A stretch of 64,000 nucleotides of DNA from Octopus sinensis (GCF_006345805.1 NC_043001.1:34720001-34784000), one strand, 5' to 3'. Counted from the first letter of the stretch, positions 52,064-64,000 are shown. The notes: a model not told the origin generated them from the sequence alone. Numbers and translations are program-made.

Positions 52064-52892
52064 TGTATATATTTATCTATACTTAGGTGTATGCATGTGT
52101 GTATATATGTATGTAGATGTGTGTACGTGTTTATTTCGTGTGTACGTGTTTTTGCCCTTTCTGTATTTATATTTGCCGACGTAAAACTGGCCCATACTCT
52201 GTATACAGATCAATGAAATAAATGACAAAATTACATGTGTATTTTGTGTCCTGTAATCGCCTAAAATCCTTTGATGGACGTGCAATAAATATGCAAATTT
52301 TGAAATCAGTGAAAGAACATTCGGTTCTGTGTTGCTCTCGATAGTGACCATTCTACTGTTCCAACAACTGAATTTACCATTTCAAATAACTAGCGCGCAA
52401 GTAGCCAAAAAATTTAGCGACAACACGGATCATTAATCTAATCCTCAGGTAGAATCAGTGTCATACACTATATGACAAAGCTTAAACTTTAATTACAAGT
52501 GCAGTCCATCTGATTAGATTCTACACAATTTCTGTCTGCTTAGTTTTCTCCACAAGATGAAAGGTGACACGAGGGAGCGCTAGGGTACCAGTCTGTGAGA
52601 TCGAACCCAGTAACACGTAATTGAAAACTGATCTTCTGAAACATTCGTTATACATATATATGCATACACACACATACAGAGCCACACACACACACACATG
52701 CACACACAGCGTCTCTCTCACACACAGCGTCTCTCTCACACACAGAGTCACATACACACTCACAAAGTCACACACATACATACAGAGTCACACATACACA
52801 CTCAGAGCAGAATGACTGGGTGAAAAATGTTGCCAGCAGACAGCTACGGGAGACGAACCAGTACCTCTCAGATAAATGTATATGTAAGTAAT

Positions 52893-52940
52893 ACGAACTC
52901 TGACGATGGATTAAATGGGCGAAGCTTCGAAGTCACTGTC
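52893..52940 (+). ncRNA. Degenerate minimal HHR-like motif
   Basis: CTGACGA-tggattaaatgggc-GAAGC-ttcgaa-GTC, with a near-palindromic stem III. Confidence 0.3.
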
Positions 52941-53056
52941 AACAGTATTCTTGTTGAAGAATTAACTTGTATACTATAAAAGTAGAGAGTAATCCCCCAG
53001 ATTAATATATAATTGTTTTTATTATAACCAAGCACAGAAACAAATATCCGGCTTCT

Positions 53057-53304
53057 ATGGCGTATGTGTTCACCCTAGTTGGTCGGGACGTCAGTCCATC
53101 GCAGCGTTACTCAAGAAACAGGAAGAAAGAGTGTGAGAAAGTTGTGACGAAAGAGTACAACATGGGTCGCCCCGCCCTGCCGGAGCCTCGTGGAGCTTTT
53201 AGGTGTTTTCGCTCAATAAACACACACAACGCCCGGTCTGGGAATCGAAACCGCGATCATCCGATCGCGAGTCCGCTGCCGTAACCACTGGGCCATTACG
53301 GCTC

Positions 53305-53308
<4 letters not shown>
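53057..53308 (-). mobile_element. SINE family C
   Basis: Reverse complement of the 1782-2083 type. Confidence 0.85.
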
Positions 53309-53337
<29 letters not shown>

Positions 53338-53423
53338 GTATAATTATATATGTGTACATTTACGTATGTGTTTATAGTATACAATACGCAAACACGCATT
53401 CACTGACATGCATACACTTACGC

Positions 53424-53625
53424 ACATACATTTATCTATGTGAATCTCTGAACGTGTGTATGCATGTGGATGTGTGTGTGTATGTGTGGACGTGTGTTTG
53501 GGAGATGTGTACACACGAACACACATACGCTTCATACATTTATCTATGTGAATCTCTGAACGTGTGTATGTATGTGGATGTGTGTTTGGGGGATGTGTAC
53601 ACACGAACACACATACGCTTCATAC
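53424..53625. repeat. Local tandem duplication, about 109-bp unit x2
   Basis: catacatttatctatgtgaatctctgaacgtgtg...cacgaacacacatacgctt occurs twice. The second unit has an internal deletion. Confidence 0.9.
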
Positions 53626-53796
53626 ATGCATTCAAATAGCAATAAAAAATTGATAAGGTGACAAAATATGTCACTTTACTTCCTATGTACTTATTCACAC
53701 AATTTAAATTAGCAACGCTTTTTCTCGTCTTGTCTTACATCCAGCTTATCTCTCCACAGGACTAAGTTTGATAGTAAAGCTAAAGAAGAAAACAAC

Positions 53797-53837
<41 letters not shown>

Positions 53838-54539
53838 AAGAGAAATGCATGAAGGCACTTTGTGACACAATATTAATATGGAAATGGTTGAAACTCGTGA
53901 TATCTAATTATAGAAGCTAATTTTTCGCTAATGATTGCTAGCAGTTTCACAATTTAGTGATGCTTCACTGAACCTAAGAATGCTAAGGGTCTTTTTGGAT
54001 GGTATGAATCTAAGCTTTTCTTTTTACTTGTTTCAGTTATTGGACTGCGGCCATGCAGTAGTTTTGTATTGAAGGACTTTCGTCAAAAATGTTGAAATCA
54101 GTACTTATTTTAATGTTTGATACTTGCTATATCGGTATCTATTGCCTAACCGCTAACTACGTAGGAGTAACGAAACCAATAATGGTTAAAAAGCGTTGGC
54201 GGGGTACAAGCATTGGGGTGGGGGGACGGAGAGAGTAAGATGTGGTTAAACTGGATCCCTGGGCTAAATGCTCGCTGCAAAATGATCCCCATTAAAGACA
54301 CTGAAGATGCTAAGTAATGATGTTACATCTTAGAAACATGCGATTCTATGTAAAATTTCTATAACACAAGTTTTAACTATGCGACTGGCAAGTTGCAAGG
54401 TACATGCATACAAATATATCTCTAGAAATTCACTTCTATAAATTCTGATATATACATATATATATGAAAAATAGATAGATAGATAGAGAGAGAGACAGGA
54501 GAGGAAAGCGTGCGCATGCATGCCTGTATGTATTTCGTG

Positions 54540-54835
54540 TATGCATGGCTTAGTAGTTAAGGAGTTGCCCTCACGATTTCGCAATCGTGGGTTCAATTCC
54601 CAGACCGGGCGTGTATTGTGTTCTTGAGCAAAGCACTTAATTTCACGTTGCTCTGCGATCATTTCGATATCTGACATGTGGCACCCCTTGCACCTGTGCA
54701 GGTGATCTCAATCTGAGGGAGGGAGTCAGCTTATGTCTACACAAACATTTGATCGCTATAAACAAAACATATGCTGTGTGGTTGTTCGTTCGGTAAGAAA
54801 TTGCTAAAACCTCACACGTCGTCCAACTACGGAAG
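54540..54835 (+). mobile_element. SINE family D with another tail type
   Basis: gcatggcttagtagttaagg...gggttcaattccc...ttcttgagcaaagcacttaatttcacgttgctc. Confidence 0.75.
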
Positions 54836-55569
54836 AGTATAATAAGTAAAAAAAACTACGTACGTTTCATGGCTACAATTAAATTAAATTCAATTGAAAT
54901 GAATTCAATTTAAAATTATAGTCAATCTTCAGGTTAAAGATAGTAGTTAAATAAATAAGCAAATAGAGTTAAACAATATTCATTTGAAACATAAAATATT
55001 AGGATTAGCTCCTACAACACATTTATTACGTTAAATATTTAATATTTAAGGTAAAATGTTGGGGAAGAGAGAAGGGGATACACACATATACAAAACCCAC
55101 ACATATATATATATATATATATGTGTGTATGTGTGTGTGTGTCCCCTTCTCACGCCCCTCAAACACATGGGCATATGTACATGTTTGAAGAATGGGATTT
55201 TTTAACAGCTGATCTCTTCAGCAAGAAGGCGGAAACACCAATATATAGATTTTAGATATTACCAAGCATACTATATGAAAGGAAGATCCATTTAATATGG
55301 CTTCCAATTTGACAAAGTTATTGGAGAAGGAGTATGTTGATAACATGTACGCCAGTAATCTACTGTTGCTTATTTTATCGACCCCAAATTCTGAGAAAAG
55401 CCAAATCTGCCTCGGTATAATTTGAAATCAGAACATGCAGATTTGAAGTAAATGCTGATAAATCTATGTTGCTTTCGAGGTTGAAGGCTAACAACTATGC
55501 TAATTAGCCGCCATATTACATTTTACGAAATATGTCAAGCTGTAAGTGTTCAATACATACGGGCACGAG

Positions 55570-55960
55570 TAGTCTGGAGAGACCGTTTGTAGAACTAAAA
55601 ATATTCTTCCAGCAACAAAAATTATCAAAAACTTAGTATATTATGCTATAACTAAGGCAAAAGTTCTTGAATATCTGCCTTACAGAGAAGATTTCACAAT
55701 GATAATAAAGACAATAATACAAACATAAATGTTCCAGTTTTAGTTGCTGATAATCCTATTCGGTCAAACGCTGCCTTCCGGATCTACAGCGATTATGAAA
55801 TCTCAGAAAAGTAAAGAATCATATATTTTTAACCGCCAAAGATAATCTCCAGATCTTAAAGGACTCTTAACAAAGGCAAAATTTACATCAGGAGAAATAA
55901 CGCATGTAACACAATGTGGAGACCATCTGGGTGGGATGTATGAAATAATTAAACAGGTAT
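55570..55960 (+). mobile_element. Degraded Penelope-like thumb/zinc-finger linker
   Basis: LKGLLTKAKFTSGEITHVTQCGDHLGGMYEII (cf. NLK.LLTKAKF....V..CG..RCG.C..I). Confidence 0.5.
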
Positions 55961-56692
55961 GTATGATTGTGTGTATTTGTGCGTGTGTGTATGTGTGTGT
56001 GTGATTGTGCGTATTTCTGAGTGTGCGTGTGTGATTGTGCGTATTTCTGAGTGTGTGTGTGTGAGAAAGAGAGGGAGAGAGAGAGAGGGATGGAGTTAGA
56101 GACAGAAAGTAAAGGGGGAGAGACACAGAAACTATGTGCTTATGTGCGCTTCAGTATATGTATGCACGAATTTATATATACACGTACACTTATAAACAAA
56201 AAACATATATCTCTATTTATCCTGTAAAAACTACAACTTTTCTGGGATTTATGTATGTAAATTGAATATTTCAGTATACGACTTCGTACATTTTAAGGCA
56301 CGAATAACGTCATACAAATAAAAGAAAACATTATTAAACACTTTGAAAAGAAAAGGAAAAAATCTATAGCGACCTCTTATACTTCATGCAAAAAGGTTTT
56401 ATCTTTGTGGAGATAGCATCGTCGTTGAACTTTTTTCAATTTAGTAGAAGTGATTAAAGAATAGGCAAATAAAATATATGAAACATGATAAAGTTAGGTG
56501 GAATAATAAATTTGAAAAGGATTACAATACACGGATGTTCCAGGAATGCAGATAGTTGTTTCAATATAGGTGTGTTGTTAATATTAATATGGCTGCTAAG
56601 AAACGCTTTCTTTTGGATGTGTGACAGTCAGAATACGAACTACTATACATACCTCCACATTTTCCTTATGTTATAAAGTTATACAGATGCAC

Positions 56693-56771
<79 letters not shown>

Positions 56772-56883
56772 GTGTGAATATATATATACATATATATAAG
56801 TATATATAGTTATACTTATATACTTATTTATATATAAGTAAATATATATATATTCTTATATACATATTTGTATACACGCGCAC

Positions 56884-56930
<47 letters not shown>
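56693..56930. repeat. (AT)n microsatellite block
   Basis: Direct reading. Confidence 0.95.
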
Positions 56931-56931
<1 letters not shown>

Positions 56932-57485
56932 TACAGTCTTATTCACAAACAGATATAGGTATATGTATATACTTTTTTAGACACACCGGAGAAAAAGAAC
57001 AAAATTATGAATGCAGTTTCTTTCAACAGTTTTGAATGTTCTATCACCATCCTGAAATGCACCAACGGATTAGATGGGATTTGCATTATTTTGCATTCTA
57101 AAGTATTAGACGCATACAAACACAAGCATACGGACCCAAATCCATAGGCAAAGAAGCATGCATATACTTAAGTTGTTGTTTAAAAAAATGTTAAAAACCT
57201 TATGTAGCATTCACTGAATGAACTTGATCCACTGGAAGAGTTTAAGAATTTTATTAGAAAAAATCTCTAATACAACACTAATTTAAAGTAGATGCATATA
57301 CAGCTGCATGCATATGCGCACACACGCGTGCGCATATGCATACATACACATTTATTTTAGAAGTTATTTTGTCGACAACTGCTGAGGTGTAGAGGGTATT
57401 TGCATTTGTTGTGCTTTGTCTTTGCTGTTCCTGTAAATTTCTTCGTCGCCATTTTGTGCTAAATATATACATACATACATACATG

Positions 57486-57573
<88 letters not shown>

Positions 57574-57811
57574 CTACAGAAATGTACATATAAAGCTATG
57601 CACAGGCATATACATACAACACATGTGCACACGACACATACACACACATGCACACAGACACACATGCACACACACACACACATGCACTCACACACTCACA
57701 AACACATCATTATGATTCAGTAGGCATTTAAGTTGAGTCACTAAGTCAGTGCGGAGTTATCCGCACAGCTCGAAGTAAGGTGAATTAAAAGCAAATAAGT
57801 AACAACAAATT

Positions 57812-57876
57812 CTACGCATCAGTGTATTACGGCCGTTTCAGGTGGTCTAAAACGGCCGCAATACACTGATGCCTAG
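57812..57876. other. 65-nt near-perfect hairpin
   Basis: 30-position stem with 27 Watson-Crick pairs and a 5-nt loop gtggt. Confidence 0.85.
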
Positions 57877-57884
57877 ACTTCGTT

Positions 57885-58189
57885 GTTATCGGTCATGAAT
57901 GACCATGGGATTACACCTAGAAATTACCCTCCGAGGCACAAATCCGGGCTAGGTCGTTTTTGGAAGACCAGCAGTCGCCAATGCATACCAGCCTCCCCTC
58001 TCCGCACCACCGATGTCATCCAAGGGAAAGGCAAAGGCCGATACAGCTTGGCACCAGTGACGTCACAACTCATTTCTATAACTGAGTGAACTGAAGCAAC
58101 GTGAAATAAAGTGTCTTGCCCCGGATTCGAACTCACAACGTCACGATCGTAAGCCTCACGCTCTAACCACTGAGATATGCGCCTTCACA
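57885..58189 (-). mobile_element. SINE family D with RTE-like tail (core partly deleted)
   Basis: Head tgtgaaggcgcatatctcagtggttagag (minus). Tail homologous to 43160-43449. Confidence 0.8.
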
Positions 58190-58652
58190 CACACACACAC
58201 ATACATATATATGTATATATATATATGTGTGTGTGTGTATGCATATATGAATGTAGTATGTATGTATGTATGTATGTATGTATGTATGTATGTATGTATG
58301 TATGTATGCATGTATGTATGTACGTATGCAGACAAACATACGTATGTATATCTCTTATATTCCTACCTTTCTACTCGTTGATCCCTGGCCAAAATAGTGT
58401 ACCGTTACGAAGAATCTTTTCGAGAAATCGGGCTGGTGCTTATTCTCGGAATCCCTAAATGGTGAGGATGTTATCAAACCAACATCGGTTCAAGCTATAT
58501 GTAGGACAAACGAAAACCCAAATTATGATATACAAACACTCACACATATACTGATATATAATATGTCTGTGTGTTTCGTGCGTTACCCGTGTGTGTGTGT
58601 GCATGTGTTTTGTGTGTCTTTTGGTGAATATTTTTCTATGTATGATGCATAC

Positions 58653-58730
58653 TCTGAACAAATCCAAAATTTTTGATTTAATGTAACTATTCGTAAGTCC
58701 ATTGAAAAATCCTTTTCCGTATTTCGTAAC
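58653..58730 (-). CDS. Candidate isolated 78-nt coding exon, product unknown
   Basis: Acceptor ttttgttacaattctttctag| and donor |gtatgc. The phase 0-0 frame gives VTKYGKGFFNGLTNSYIKSKILDLFR. A second frame is also open. No family was recognised. Confidence 0.2.
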
Positions 58731-59320
58731 CTAGAAAGAATTGTAACAAAATAATACTGACTTTCTTTCATTCATTATAACATTCAGAACGATATCAGTT
58801 CTTATGGTGTATGCTTTTCAATATCCTGAAAGCTTGAGCATACGTGTAGAATTGGATGTGTTGCAACCAGCATTATATAATTAGATTAATCCACAGCTGG
58901 ACTCATTTTTAATATGAAGCAATTGTTAGTAACACAACGGAATTCCAAATGTGTTGATTCTGATCTCTCTCAAAATCCGTGTTTATGTGCATATTGACTG
59001 AAATATGATTTTGATATGTAGCATAAACTATATAATATTTGGCATATAATGCAATTCTTATAATTATCTTTTTAATGTGTATCTCTATAGATTTTGTATA
59101 TAATTTAGAGCTATCACTGAAAATTGCAAAGTTACGTATACGAATACATTTATGTCAATAATACGATCGAAGATAGAAAATAGATAATGACTCTAAATTC
59201 TATAGAAAATCTGCTAACCCAAACTAGGGCACAGTATTGACTTGTATATCTGTAATATACTTGGTATTAAAGTATGGTTGCAAAACAAAATACGGTGTCC
59301 TAACCAGTAATTAATCTATA

Positions 59321-59574
59321 AAATAAAATGAATGCGCCCTTTTAAAGCCTAGCCAGGCTAATATGCCCAATTTCCCGGTTTTAATGGCTTATCCAGCTGG
59401 ACGGGATACCAGTCCATCGCAGTGTTACTCATTCTTGCTAGCTGAGTGGACTGGAGCAACGTGAAATGAAGTGTTTTGCTCAAGAACACAACGCGTCGCC
59501 CGGTCCAGGAATGGAAACCACAATCTTACGATCATGATGGTGACACCTTAACGACTAAGCCACGCGCCTCCACA
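59321..59574 (-). mobile_element. SINE family D, full length, part of a SINE-18S composite insertion
   Basis: Head tgtggaggcgcgtggcttagtcgttaagg (minus), core ttcttgagcaaaacacttc, tail cctggctaggctttaaaagggcgc. Confidence 0.9.
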
Positions 59575-59684
59575 GATCGATAGCTCTTTCTCGATTCGGT
59601 GGGTGGTGGTGCATGGCCGTTGTTAGTTGGTGGAGCGATCCGTCTGGTTAATTCCGATAACGAATGAGACTCCGGCCTGCTGAC
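59572..59684 (+). pseudogene. 18S: 18S (SSU) rRNA fragment
   Basis: acagatcgatagctctttctcgattcggtgggtggtggtgcatggccgttgttagttggtggagcgatccgtctggttaattccgataacgaatgagactc is the highly conserved eukaryotic SSU segment with a few substitutions. Confidence 0.95.
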
Positions 59685-60054
59685 TAATTAATCTATATAA
59701 TAACATAATCGAAAGTTGGATATATATGATCTAAAATATGTATACCTAATTCATTGACAAACGAGTCAGTGACATTAAAAGCTGGAGTAAATTTTGGACA
59801 GCGAAATGCATTTTATAATTCGCTTTGGAAACTATGTTTTGGCAATCTAAAAATAGAAAATTTCAAAGAAATACTTTATGTACAGAAAGAACAGGTATGT
59901 CGGTAAAAGATCTAGATTAGACAAATCGTTGAGACTGTGAAAGCTTACAACAATGATATCCACACCTGCCAAGACTGTGGAGGCGTGTGGGGATTATTAT
60001 ATACGCTATGGAAACCAGCCTTTATGTGTCGGCATGACTCGAGAAGTAAACTTT

Positions 60055-60310
60055 AGTGGAAGCGAGTGGCTTAGTGGTTTGGGTGTTGGACTCATGATTG
60101 TAACATTGTGCTTTCGATTCCTGGACCAGGTGACGCATTGTGTTCTTAAGCAAAACACTTCATTTCACGTTGTTCCAGTCCACTCAGCAGGCAAAAATAA
60201 ATAACCCTGCAAGGATCGGCGTCCAGGCTTGGAATATTTAGGCCATGAAACCGGGAAATCGGCCCTTCTGAGGCGGTATGATTCGAGAAGGTTACCTTTA
60301 ATTTTACCTT
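60055..60310 (+). mobile_element. SINE family D
   Basis: gtggaagcgagtggcttagtgg...ttcttaagcaaaacacttcatttcacgttgttccagtccactcagc. Confidence 0.8.
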
Positions 60311-60427
60311 TACTTCCACCCCGATTAATGTCGTTTGTTTGAAAAGATAGTCCCGACATTATCGACGTATGAAGCAGGATGTGATCAAAGTTAGACGATG
60401 CACTCTATAAAAACGATAGTCTTAAAT

Positions 60428-61860
60428 GCGGCGAGCTGGCAGAATCGTTAGCACACCGGGCGAAATGCGTAGCCGTATTTCGTCTACCGTTACGTTCTGA
60501 GTTCAAATTCCGCCGACGTCGACTGTGCCTTTCATCCTTTCGATATCGATTAAATAAGTACCAGTTACGCACTGGGGTCGATGTAATCGACTTAATCCGT
60601 TTGTCTTTCCTTGTTTGTCCTCTCTGTGAGTAGCCCCTTGTGGGTAGTAAAGAAATAGGTATTTCGTCTGCCGCTACGTTCTGAGTTCAAATTCCGCTGA
60701 GGTCTACTGTGCCTTTCATCCTTTCGGGGTCGATTAAATAAGCACCAGTTACGTACTGGGGTCTATATAATCGACTTAATTAGTTTGTCTGTCCTTTTTT
60801 GTCCTCTCTGTGTTTAGCCCCTTGTGGGTAGTAAAGAAATAGGTATTTCGTCTATCTTCACGTTCTGAGTTCAAATTCCACCGAGGTCGACTTTGCTTTC
60901 ATCCTTTCAGGGTCGATAAATTAAGGACCAGTAGCGTACTGAGATCGGTCTAATCGACGAGCCCCCTCCTTAAAACTTTCAGACCTTGTACCTAGAGTAG
61001 AAAAGAATATATTTTACCAGGAGGTGGTGAGCTGTTAGAAACGTTAGCACACCGGGCGAAATGCTTCGCGGGCGAAATGCTTCGCGGGCGAAATCCGTAG
61101 CCGTATTTCGTCCTGCCGTTACTTTGTGAGTTCAAATTCTGCCGAGGTCGACTTTGCCTTTCATCCTTTCGGGGTCGGTTAAATAAGTACCAGTTACGCA
61201 CTGGGATCGATGTAATCAACTTAATCCGTTTGTCTGTCCTTGTTTGTCCTGTCTGTGTTTACCTCCTTGTGGGTAGTAGAGAAATAGGTATTTCATCTGC
61301 TGCTACGTTCTGAGTTCAAATTCCGCATAGATCAACTTTACCTTTCAGCCATTCGGGGTCGATTAGATAAGTACCAGTTACGCCCTGGGGTCGATAGAAT
61401 CGACTTAATCCCTTTGTCTGTCCTTGTTTGTCCCCTCTATATTTAGCCCCTAGTAGGCAATAAAGAAATATGAAACGTTAGCACGCCGGGGAAATGCTTA
61501 GCGGTATTTCCTCCTGCTGTTACGTTGTGAGTTCAAATACCGCCGAGGTCGACTTTGCCTTTCATTCTTTCGGTGTCGATAAATTAAGTACCAGTTACGC
61601 ACTGGGGGCGATGTAATCGACTTAATCCCTTTGTCTGTCCTTGTTTGTCCTCTCCGTGTTTAGCGCCTTGTGGGTAGTAAAGAAATAAGTATTTCGTCTG
61701 TCTTTACGGTCTGAGTTCAAATTCCGCCGACTTTGACTTTGCCTTTCATTCTTTCAGGGTCGATAAATTAAGTACCAGTTGTGTACGGGTGTCGATTTAA
61801 TTATCTGGCCTTCTCCCTTGACATTTCGAGCCTTGTGCCTAGAGTAGAAAAGTAAAGAAT
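60428..61860 (+). mobile_element. Head-to-tail array of seven family A SINE units
   Basis: Units start at about 60428, 60659, 60843, 61021, 61288, 61472 and 61689, each with gagttcaaat.cc. Confidence 0.9.
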
Positions 61861-62574
61861 ATATTTCACTAGGAAAATGCAAAAGGAAAAACATTATGCT
61901 ACAAAGGAATAAAAAAGCCCCGTTTCTATAACGAAGCAACTTCAGTGTAGTATGGGGATTGCATGAGTGTTGAATATTGAAATATCTAGCGAGATATGGT
62001 GTTGGTAGCGGTGGTGGTAGAAGTTGTGATGGTCGTTGTGGTAGTTGCTATGGTGGTTGTGGCAGCAGTGGTTGTGATAAGTTGGGGACAGAGTAGGAAA
62101 TCCTTCAAGAAAACTTGCAGTGTTTTATATATCTATGATGTCATCTAGTTTCGTCTTATCTCAGAACTGTAAGCCGAATGGTATGCATGGAAGGGGGAAT
62201 GCATTTGGTGAGTGGAGCGCACTTAACACGTCCGCAGTTATATCACCTCCCCCGACGCAAACACACACCACACACACACGAACATGAATACATATACGTA
62301 TGTTATGCACACTTACACACACCCGTATATGCATACGTGTACACACATGCATCACACATTTTGTATGTACATTCAACGTTGGCACATATGAAAAAAAAAG
62401 ATCTAGTAGAATATATATGCACGAATGCTTACGTGCGAACATGGGCATTATTACATATATGAATCTACAAATTTTCATGTGTCTATGTATAGGCACACAC
62501 ACACAAACACATACACACACACACACACAAACACTCACACACACATACACAAACACATACACACACATATTTTG

Positions 62575-62780
62575 TCTTCTTTCACTTGTATCAGTCATTA
62601 GATTGTGGCCATGCGTGGGCAACGACTTCAATTTTAATCGAACGACCCGACCCCGCTACTTAGTATTTTTGTTTGAGCGTGGCACTTATTCTCCCGGTTG
62701 CCTCTGCCGAAAATGACACGCTTTCGAACTGACCCTAGAATTATGAGGTTGGAAAGCAAGCGCGTTACCACATGCCCAAC
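62575..62780 (-). mobile_element. SINE family B, diverged
   Basis: cttgtatcagtcattagattgtggccatgc... plus a head remnant near 62730-62775. Confidence 0.55.
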
Positions 62781-62801
62781 TTGCGCGTGTATATATATAT
62801 A

Positions 62802-62844
<43 letters not shown>

Positions 62845-63296
62845 AGTATGTATTTATGTATTTATATGATGTGTGTATGTGTGTGTGTGTGTGTATGTGT
62901 GTGTGTGTGTATGTGTGTGTGTGTGTGTGTTTGTGTATGCGTGAGTATGTGTGTACATTCATATATACACATTTGTTATTACAAGCTAAGTACCTCTGCT
63001 GTTTTACATATTTTCACAGTTTCATTAAAAGTTTGTAAGTATAATATCCTAAATATCCATGTTCTTTCTGGGATAAGAAATTCTGTAGGTAGATAGATAT
63101 CCAAGAGAACCAAGAATCAGAGTTTTGAATCTAATTTTTTTGTCTAGATATTTCATTTGTAGAATTCTCTGTACTTCTTAACATATTTTTTTCACTCGTG
63201 TATCATATCATGTTAACACGTACCAAACAACCTATTTCCACAGCTCTGCACACATTGTTCTCCTCAGATAATTACGTTTGATCTTTTATATTTACA

Positions 63297-63664
63297 CTAG
63301 CAGTATCGCCCGGCGTTGCTCGGGTTTGTAAGGGAAATAACTATAAAGCATTTTTAGAGAGTTATAGCCAAAAAAGAGCAAAGAAATGGAAAAAAATTTG
63401 AGAGTTAAAACGGTCGAGTTGCATCCCCTAGACAGTCTGTGGTTTGTGTTTCTGATTCTCGACCCCATGTCGAATTTATCGATTTTTTTCAGAACTGGGG
63501 GAACTTTTCAAAATTTTCTCTGCGTTAGTTTTGAATTATGACATTGGGCTATGTGTGTGTTAAGTTTCATCAGAATTGGTTGAAAGCCGTGGTCAGGGTG
63601 AGGGTACAACCTAACAGACACACAGAAACACACACAGACAAACTGCCGTTTATATAGAGAGAGA
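63297..63664 (-). mobile_element. Non-autonomous Helitron, second subfamily
   Basis: A|TC...CTAG|T on the minus strand with the same hairpin. The terminal ~60 bp are nearly identical to 1137-1200 but the interior differs. Confidence 0.8.
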
Positions 63665-63780
63665 TTTTGATAACTTCATGGATAGGACAAGTTTACTTGT
63701 ATATGTTCTCGGTATGAATACGTATGACTTGATCAACGGCAACTTGTATTTTTTATATATCTTTAAGACTATCGTTTCAT

Positions 63781-64000
63781 ATTTCTTTATTGCCCACAAA
63801 GGGCTAAACATACAGGGGACAAACAAGGACAGACGAAGGGATTAAGTCGATTATGTCGGCCCCAGTGCATAACTGGTACTTAATTTATCGACCCCGAAAG
63901 GATATAAGGAAAAGTCGACCTGGTACTTCTTTAACGACTCTGACAGCTCATTGCCTTTTAAAATACCTATTTCTTTACTACTCACAAGTGACCAAACACA
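63781..64000 (-). mobile_element. Family A SINE fragments (about 63781-63955, and a new copy from about 63968 cut by the window end)
   Basis: atttctttattgcccacaaaggg...gtcgacc, then tatttctttactactcacaag. Confidence 0.75.

Noticed and set aside
51743-52216. 157-aa plus-strand ORF as a host exon
   Set aside because: It is the antisense of a Tc1/mariner transposase remnant, and its apparent donor is the TA/TIR end.
59572-59684. Functional rDNA locus or contamination
   Set aside because: It is only 113 nt, has substitutions at conserved positions, and is embedded in host repeats inside a TSD.
60428-61860. CRISPR-like or tRNA gene array
   Set aside because: There are no unique spacers and no cloverleaf. 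The units are SINE bodies with A/B-box remnants.

Overview
AT-rich, microsatellite-dense eukaryotic DNA with no confidently callable host protein-coding gene. Nearly all long ORFs in the track are translations of simple repeats. The repeat content suggests an octopus or other coleoid cephalopod intergenic/intronic region (inference): abundant tRNA-headed SINEs of at least four families, one with a CORE-like domain, amid (AT)n, (AC)n, (ATCT)n and (AAT)n. Degraded mobile elements: Penelope-like (PLE) RT, linker and GIY-YIG pieces; two R4/NeSL-type RLE LINEs; an L1/Tx1 piece; CR1/L2 3' ends; Tc1/mariner and pogo-like remnants; two non-autonomous Helitrons. Most notable: (1) many hammerhead-ribozyme (HHR) motifs from several unrelated repeat families, including one nearly canonical type I HHR (29174-29251) and a retrozyme-like pair 349 nt apart (26534-26931); (2) a SINE joined back-to-back to an 18S rRNA fragment inside one 13-bp target-site duplication (59308-59697); (3) a seven-unit head-to-tail SINE array; (4) a 270-bp palindrome centred on (AT)n; (5) a pre-miRNA-sized hairpin. 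All calls were made by eye with no database search. Boundaries of degraded elements are approximate.
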